DNA from: Candidatus Coprovivens sp.
Lineage (GTDB): Bacteria > Bacillota_I > Bacilli_A > RF39 > UBA660
Length of the DNA: 22,032 nucleotides
Direction: 5' to 3'
Assembly (NCBI GenBank): GCA_051892935.1
Contig: JBJFGS010000017.1
Location: 1 to 22,032, forward strand
Both the position numbers and the translations under genes were made by a program. Each line of letters begins with the position of its first letter. The first letter of the stretch is position 1. Below are positions 16,457-22,032 of the stretch, piece after piece. The notes under the pieces are model-generated. The model was not told the origin of the DNA, did not search any database, and worked only from the letters and a program-made list of their open reading frames with translations.

Positions 16457-17629
16457 ATGGCAACATCATATAGCGATATATCAACAAATGTCGATACAGG
16501 AAAAGGAAATATTAACTCATCTATATCTGATATAAAAAATATCTCATTCGCCGGTGTATGGAGCGGAAGTGCTTACAATAATTTATCAGGAGCTCTAGAA
16601 TCAGTACTATCAAGAATGGAAAAAGAAAAGACAAATATTGAAACATTTTCTCAAGCAATGACTAAACTAGAAAAATATAAAGAAAATAAAGAAAAAATAG
16701 CTAAATTAGAGGAAGAAATTGCATCTATAGTCATACCAACAGATGATGAAAAAGCTGCCGCCGAAGCATCAAGTAGGAAAGCTGCACTAGAAAGAGAAAA
16801 ACAGGGCCTTGTAGATGATAATAAAACTCTTCGTGCCGAAATCGAAAGTTTATTAGCGACAATAACAGCCATTTCTCCAGAAATAAGAACTATTACTTTT
16901 GATCCTAACAACTATAAAGATTATATGGAATATATAGAAGACTTAGCAGAATTAAAATCAATATACGATACAGCCGGCCGTTTAAGAATGCTCGGAGAAA
17001 GTGATTCATTATATAATTATTATAATGTTTATGATGAAAATGGTAATCTTGTAATGAGCGGTCAAGATTACGTAGAAGGAGTAATAAAAGATATTCAAGA
17101 AAAATACTCTGGACGTGAAGCAGCAGTAAATTCTGCAATTGCTATACTTTCATTAGCAGCGGACAAAGGAATAAGACTAAATTATGAGCATTCTGGAACA
17201 GATAGTGACCCATATGTTCGAACATCAGATGTGGCCACTGGTGTTGACTGTAACCCATTTGTATCGTGGTGTTTAGATAAAGGAGTACCAGGTGGCTTCC
17301 AATGGCGTCCCGTAGGAAACTTTACAAGCATAGGTAAAGGATACTCATATGAAAATTGGGGCAATGCCAAACCAGGAGATGTCCTATGTAATGGCGGACA
17401 TGTAACAATTATTCTTGATAATGATCCTGCAACAGGACAATTCCTAATTGCCGAAGCTAGTGGTCAAGTAAATGGTATTAGAACAAAAAGTGTCACATAT
17501 CAAACATTAAGAAATAATGGATATACATGTAGAGACATGACAGATATCTATAATGGAACTGTAGATAGCAATAGATGGAATGATTTCTACTGGGTAGATA
17601 AAAACACTTATGTAAGAGATTACATATAA
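16457..17629 (+). CDS. WXG100-like N-terminus + coiled coil + NlpC/P60 (CHAP-like) cysteine peptidase domain
   Basis: 390 aa; GVWSG motif; C-terminal GVDCNPFVSW, KPGDVL, GHVTI, IAEAS (Cys-His-Glu); AGGAGG RBS. Confidence 0.8.
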   Translation: MATSYSDISTNVDTGKGNINSSISDIKNISFAGVWSGSAYNNLSGALESVLSRMEKEKTNIETFSQAMTKLEKYKENKEKIAKLEEEIASIVIPTDDEKAAAEASSRKAALEREKQGLVDDNKTLRAEIESLLATITAISPEIRTITFDPNNYKDYMEYIEDLAELKSIYDTAGRLRMLGESDSLYNYYNVYDENGNLVMSGQDYVEGVIKDIQEKYSGREAAVNSAIAILSLAADKGIRLNYEHSGTDSDPYVRTSDVATGVDCNPFVSWCLDKGVPGGFQWRPVGNFTSIGKGYSYENWGNAKPGDVLCNGGHVTIILDNDPATGQFLIAEASGQVNGIRTKSVTYQTLRNNGYTCRDMTDIYNGTVDSNRWNDFYWVDKNTYVRDYI

Positions 17630-17650
17630 AAGAGACTATGTCTCTTTTTT
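17628..17650 (+). terminator. Intrinsic terminator
   Basis: AAAAGAGAC-TAT-GTCTCTTTT plus T. Confidence 0.75.
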
Positions 17651-17652
17651 AT

Positions 17653-17680
17653 TTGACAAAATAAAAAATATAGTTAAAAT
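17653..17680 (+). promoter_or_regulatory. Sigma-A promoter for the amidoligase gene
   Basis: TTGACA (17653-17658), 16-nt spacer, TAAAAT (17675-17680). Confidence 0.55.
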
Positions 17681-17702
17681 ACCCTTTACAAGAGGTGATA
17701 CT

Positions 17703-18548
17703 ATGACATTAGGAAATCTAGATATCCAATTAGCTAATAATCCACTAAACTATCGAGATATTTTAACAATTCCTACTAAAACAAATATAGGTTTAGAACT
17801 AGAACTAGAAAATGTTGATATTAGAATAGTTCACCAGGATGTAATCACTGCCCTAGGACACAATTGGATTACTAAAGTAGATGATTCATTATTAAAAGGC
17901 AAGAGTGCTGAAATAGTAACACCAGTTTTCCAAAATAGAAAACAAACATGGATACTTCTAAAAAAATTAGGAGAAATATTAGAAAGATTAAAACCAACTT
18001 ATGATAATTGCAGCTTTCAAGTAAACTTTGATGGTAAGCTTTTGCCTAAATTAGAAGACAGAGTAAGATTTATAAAACTATATGCTATGTACGAAGATAT
18101 AATATATCGTTTTTCCCAAGGAGAAGATAATAAATATCGTGATTCATTAGAAATATATGCTTCTCCAATAATCCTAGCTTTAAAAGGATGTCAAGGATAT
18201 AGTAAAGATACAATAGTAGATTATTTTTCTAATAATAAAAGATACGGATTAGTGTTCAAAACAAATGGAAAAGACCTAATTGAATTTAGAACCCCCAATG
18301 CAACCAGCAATTCAATACTATGGCAAAACTATATAACAACATTCTATTATTTAATAAAATTTGCTACTAGCAATAAATATCCTAAAAAAGAAATAGATGA
18401 ATATATTGATAAATTTATGAGTATCTACCTATTAGAAAGATACTCAGTACCAAGATTAGAAAAAGCATTAAAACTATCTAACATGATATTCCCTCATAAA
18501 CAAGATCAACTATATTTCATGCATCAATACATAGGTAAATCTAAATAA
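17703..18548 (+). CDS. Putative amidoligase enzyme (COOH-NH2 ligase, Amidoligase_2-like)
   Basis: 281 aa; IGLELELE, W..KVDDSL, AEIVTPV, CSFQVNF, RYGL, IEFRTPNAT in the family's motif order; GAGGTG RBS. Confidence 0.75.
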   Translation: MTLGNLDIQLANNPLNYRDILTIPTKTNIGLELELENVDIRIVHQDVITALGHNWITKVDDSLLKGKSAEIVTPVFQNRKQTWILLKKLGEILERLKPTYDNCSFQVNFDGKLLPKLEDRVRFIKLYAMYEDIIYRFSQGEDNKYRDSLEIYASPIILALKGCQGYSKDTIVDYFSNNKRYGLVFKTNGKDLIEFRTPNATSNSILWQNYITTFYYLIKFATSNKYPKKEIDEYIDKFMSIYLLERYSVPRLEKALKLSNMIFPHKQDQLYFMHQYIGKSK

Positions 18549-18655
18549 TTATAATAACTATTTGGGGTTCACTTCAATTAGTTCTTTTTTTAAAAAACTC
18601 TAATATCTATCTAAGAATTTCTAAATATTTATGATATAATTAATTAGGTGGTATT

Positions 18656-19063
18656 ATGTCAAAAGAAGATACAAAATTAAATAATATAGAATTTGAAATA
18701 AAATGGGAAGGTAAACCATCAGGATTACTAGAAAGACTATTAACTCTTCTCCATTTAAATTTTACTGATTATCAAATTACAAAAGATGAACTTATTATTA
18801 AGAGAGGATTTTTCTTTCAAAGAACAAACACAACAGAATTATATATGTTAAAAGACCCAGATATGACAGTTAATTTATATCAACGTTTAATTGGTGTAGG
18901 AAATATATCTGTTATAATAGATACATCAAGTAATAATCATCGAGCTGGTGAAAAAATAATCCTAAAAAATGTACGTGATTGTGAAAAAGTAAGAAAACTA
19001 CTTAGAGATAGTATCGAAGAAGATGTAATGGAAAGAAAGATTACCTACTTTGATAAAGTATAG
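18656..19063 (+). CDS. Bacterial PH-domain (bPH_2/DUF304-like) protein
   Basis: 135 aa; [34 protein letters not shown]. Confidence 0.75.
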   Translation: MSKEDTKLNNIEFEIKWEGKPSGLLERLLTLLHLNFTDYQITKDELIIKRGFFFQRTNTTELYMLKDPDMTVNLYQRLIGVGNISVIIDTSSNNHRAGEKIILKNVRDCEKVRKLLRDSIEEDVMERKITYFDKV

Positions 19064-19068
19064 AAAGC

Positions 19069-20241
19069 GTGATTAGTATGTATGATAACCAAGAAAAAGG
19101 TAAACCAATTAAATATCAAATAGGTGGGAATAGAAGTGGTATTCCAACTTTTTCTCAACAAGCTCCCATTAATGAACCTATTCATCAAGTAGCTAATGAA
19201 ACTCTGGAGCAATTAGAAGAATCTATAGTAGAAAGTCCCATAACTCCAGTTAATCAACCAGTTGTAGAAGAAGTCGCTACTAAGATAGAAGAATCTAACG
19301 AAGAAAAAGAAATCTATAATGGCTTTGTTAGTATCTTAGATAGATATGCTCAAGAATTAACAAGTAGAGAATATATTACTGATCCATCTATCGGTCGTGA
19401 TGAAGAAATAAAGCAAGTTATTATGACACTTTTAACTCCTGAAAAAAGTGCTTTGTTAGTAGGTAAAGCCGGTGTAGGTAAAACATCCATTGTTGAAGGA
19501 GTAGCATATCGTATTCAAAAAAAAATGGTACCAAATGCTTTACTAGGGTATAAGATTTACAAATTAAATGTAACATCATTACTTGGAAAAACAGAATCAA
19601 ATGGCCAAATAGAAAGTAGAGTAGACTTACTTGTTAAAGAACTAGCAGCTCGTCCCAAAACAATTCTATTTCTTGATGAAACCCATGTATTAGTAAATAA
19701 AGATGGAGGCGAAGGTGGGATTGACTTCGCTAACATGTTTAAAGCAGGACTAGATCGTGGAGAAATAAAAATGATAGGAGCAACAACAGATGAAGAATAT
19801 GAACAATATATTCTAAAAGATCGTGCCTTCTTAAGACGTTTTCAAAAAATAGATGTAGTTGAAGCAGACCAAGCAACCTGTGTAAAAATACTAATGGGAA
19901 CATATCCAAAAATAGAAAAGAAAACAGGAGTTCATTTTGAATACACAGATTATGTTATCGAAAGAATAATGACTTTTATAGTGGATATGACAGATGAATA
20001 TAAACGTATTTACGAAATATCATCAAGATATCCTGATATTTGTTTAACAATAGTATCAAATGCCTTTACATATGCTTTATTTGATAATGAAAATGTATGT
20101 CGTATTAAACACATTTATAAAGCTGTATGTAATGCTAGAAATGTTTACGAAGATGCTAAGAAAAAAGCAATTGAAAAGTTCAAAATAGATTTTGCGGATT
20201 TAATAAGTGAAGAAAATGTCGATTTAACAGAAACTGAATAA
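19069..20241 (+). CDS. ClpA/ClpB D1-like single-module AAA+ ATPase
   Basis: 390 aa; [10 protein letters not shown], Walker A GKAGVGKT, Walker B LFLDE, IGATT..EY, arginine finger AFLRRF, RYPD; no second ATPase module; start GTG 19069 or ATG 19078. Confidence 0.85.
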   Translation: MISMYDNQEKGKPIKYQIGGNRSGIPTFSQQAPINEPIHQVANETLEQLEESIVESPITPVNQPVVEEVATKIEESNEEKEIYNGFVSILDRYAQELTSREYITDPSIGRDEEIKQVIMTLLTPEKSALLVGKAGVGKTSIVEGVAYRIQKKMVPNALLGYKIYKLNVTSLLGKTESNGQIESRVDLLVKELAARPKTILFLDETHVLVNKDGGEGGIDFANMFKAGLDRGEIKMIGATTDEEYEQYILKDRAFLRRFQKIDVVEADQATCVKILMGTYPKIEKKTGVHFEYTDYVIERIMTFIVDMTDEYKRIYEISSRYPDICLTIVSNAFTYALFDNENVCRIKHIYKAVCNARNVYEDAKKKAIEKFKIDFADLISEENVDLTETE

Positions 20242-20265
20242 GAGTAGTGTAAAACTACTCTTTTT
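20240..20265 (+). terminator. Intrinsic terminator
   Basis: AAGAGTAGT-GTAAA-ACTACTCTT plus T run. Confidence 0.75.
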
Positions 20266-20321
20266 ATTTAATTAATTCCCAATAAATTTGATATAATAAA
20301 AATATGATAGGAATGGTGAAA

Positions 20322-21395
20322 ATGGAAAAAGTAAGAGTATACCAAATAGGATGTGGAAAGATGAGTGTCTATACAATGAGATATGTATATGAACACGGAG
20401 CAACAATAGTAGGTGCTGCTGACATCAATCCAAATGTAATAGGAAAAGATATTGGAGAATTAATGGGTACAGAACACAAGAATGTAATCGTTAGTTCAGT
20501 AAAAAACTTAGAAGAAAGCTTAAAAGAAACAAAACCAGATATTGCTATAGTAACAACTATGAGCTTACTAAATGATGTACAAGAAGTTCTAAGAACATGT
20601 GCATTATTAGGTATAAATGCCATTACAACATGCGAGGAAGCATTCTTTGCTTCAAATTCTAATCCAACAGTGTGGAAAGAATTAGATGTTCTAGCCAAAG
20701 CTAACAAATGTACAATAACTGGTTGTGGATATCAAGACATATTCTGGGGAAATCTAATATCTGTTCTTGCTGGAACAACTCATAAAATAGCCAAAATAAA
20801 AGGATCATCTTCATATAATGTTGAAGATTATGGAATAGCTTTAGCTAAAGCTCATGGTGCCGGCTTAACATTAGAAGAATTTGATAAAGAAGTTGCAGCT
20901 GCTGATAGAATGACTCCAGAAGAAAGACAAAGAATAATAGACTCTGGTAACTTTGCTCCTTCTTATATGTGGAATACTGTAGGATGGTTAGCAGATAAAC
21001 TAGGATTACATATTACTTCTATGAAACAAGAATGTGTACCTAAGACAAACGATCATGACTTAGAATCATCTACTCTTGGAATGAACATTAAAGCAGGAGA
21101 TGCAACTGGAATGAGTGCTGTAGTAACAGCTGAAACAGAAGAAGGAATTATACTTGAAGCAGAATGCATAGGTAAAGTATATGCTGAAGATGAATTTGAT
21201 AAAAATGAATGGACAGTTATCGGAGAACCTGAAACAACAATAACAGTTCAAAGACCAGCAACTGTAGAACTAACTTGTGCAGATATAGTAAATAGAATAC
21301 CTGATGTAATAAATGCAGAACCAGGATTCGTTCCAACTTCTAGAATGCCAGAACCAACTTATAGATTAAAAGACTTACATGAATATTTAAAATAA
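20322..21395 (+). CDS. NAD(P)-dependent amine dehydrogenase, 2,4-diaminopentanoate dehydrogenase (Ord)/DapB-N-like
   Basis: Rossmann IGCGKMS, GKDIGE, NAITTCEE, C-terminal VNRIPDVINAEPGF; start placed at ATG 20322 because the promoter at 20289-20297 leaves no room for an RBS before 20304. Confidence 0.75.
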   Translation: MEKVRVYQIGCGKMSVYTMRYVYEHGATIVGAADINPNVIGKDIGELMGTEHKNVIVSSVKNLEESLKETKPDIAIVTTMSLLNDVQEVLRTCALLGINAITTCEEAFFASNSNPTVWKELDVLAKANKCTITGCGYQDIFWGNLISVLAGTTHKIAKIKGSSSYNVEDYGIALAKAHGAGLTLEEFDKEVAAADRMTPEERQRIIDSGNFAPSYMWNTVGWLADKLGLHITSMKQECVPKTNDHDLESSTLGMNIKAGDATGMSAVVTAETEEGIILEAECIGKVYAEDEFDKNEWTVIGEPETTITVQRPATVELTCADIVNRIPDVINAEPGFVPTSRMPEPTYRLKDLHEYLK

Positions 21396-21616
21396 AAAAT
21401 AAAAATTCGTAAATTTTTAGACTAAAGTCCGTTTTTTAATGGATTTTTTTCTTATTCATATTTATTGCCGTTTTTTTAGCTATAAACGGAAATAAGGTTG
21501 ATAAAAAAATTAATTTTAGTGATTATTTTGATAAATTATTCCACGACGAAAATACGGAGGTTATTTCCGTTTTTTAAACTTATTTCCGTTTCTTTGTAGT
21601 ATTTTTTATTGTTGAT

Positions 21617-21643
21617 AACAAATAAAGATGAACTTTATTTGTT
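21617..21643. terminator. Perfect hairpin between convergent genes, possible terminator
   Basis: AACAAATAAAG-ATGAA-CTTTATTTGTT, 11-bp stem. Confidence 0.55.
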
Positions 21644-21689
21644 TAAATATTTTAAAATATTATTATTGTCAATGATCAAGATGAACTCA

Positions 21690-22032
21690 CTATCGTTCGT
21701 CATTGACAATATCAAAAATTTTATCAAATAAATCTTCTCCATAAACTGCAATAAATGCATCTTTAGGAGAATTTCCATCTAAAGATTTAATTGGTGTATT
21801 TAATAAAGTTAAATTATTATTTTTTACAGTTAATTTTGTATGAGTATCTATTGATTTTCCTTTAGGAAAAAATTTTCTAATTTGCTTATTAATATTTTCA
21901 ACATTCGGTTTTTGATTGGATACATACGGATCACAAAAGAATAATTTACATCTTTCTTCACCAGTAATCTTAGAAAAACATATTCCTTCAATATCATTAA
22001 AACAAGGATCTCTATCTGTTAAAATAACAGGT
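21690..22032 (-). mobile_element. IS30-family transposase, C-terminal part (runs off the window; absent from the ORF track)
   Basis: Manual translation of the minus strand: PVILTDRDPCFNDIEG...KLFFCDPYVSNQKPNVENINKQIRKFFPKGKSI...LNTPIKSLDGNSP...VNDER*; matches the IS30 'TD....F / F.DPY...QK..vEN.N..IR.f.PKG' pattern; stop at 21690-21692. Confidence 0.88.

Noticed and set aside
16236-16460. tRNA-Asn as an integration site for an island or prophage
   Set aside because: No integrase and no duplicated tRNA 3' end seen in the window; the tRNA has an intact promoter and terminator
2270-21251. Short antisense or nested ORFs in the track (2270, 5001, 5292, 7549, 7749, 9841, 9968, 10284, 11689, 12918, 13295, 13472, 13652, 14118, 15012, 16651, 16905, 17182, 20369, 21066)
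   Set aside because: All overlap well-supported genes and show no recognisable motifs; treated as shadow ORFs
21420-21600. CRISPR array or plasmid iterons
   Set aside because: Repeats are short, in mixed orientation and irregularly spaced; no cas or rep gene nearby

Overview
AT-rich chromosomal window from a low-GC Firmicute (standard genetic code, AGGAGG ribosome-binding sites, many TGnTATAAT promoters). The gene mix is reminiscent of uncultured gut Bacilli such as RF39, which is an inference. Left to right: (1) an operon of three paralogous HEXXH...E (M3/gluzincin-like) metallopeptidase genes on the minus strand; (2) a divergently transcribed, ORF-free region of about 1 kb, bounded by a consensus sigma-A promoter and an intrinsic terminator and packed with helices and GNRA loops, which is the best candidate for an undescribed large structured ncRNA; (3) a FIST-domain protein and aldehyde dehydrogenase operon; (4) a split class III ribonucleotide reductase with the glycyl-radical loop in a separate 61-aa ORF; (5) two paralogous proteins sharing a WXG100-like N-terminus but carrying different envelope-hydrolase C-termini (GDPD plus 3D-like domain; NlpC/P60); (6) two YibE/F genes, an RluA-family pseudouridine synthase, a LemA-like protein, a membrane-anchored hypothetical protein, tRNA-Asn(GTT), a putative amidoligase, a PH-domain protein with a single-module Clp-like AAA+ ATPase, and an Ord/DapB-like dehydrogenase; (7) the 3' end of an IS30-family transposase with a hairpin- and repeat-rich downstream region. 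All calls are by eye; no searches or folding programs were run.
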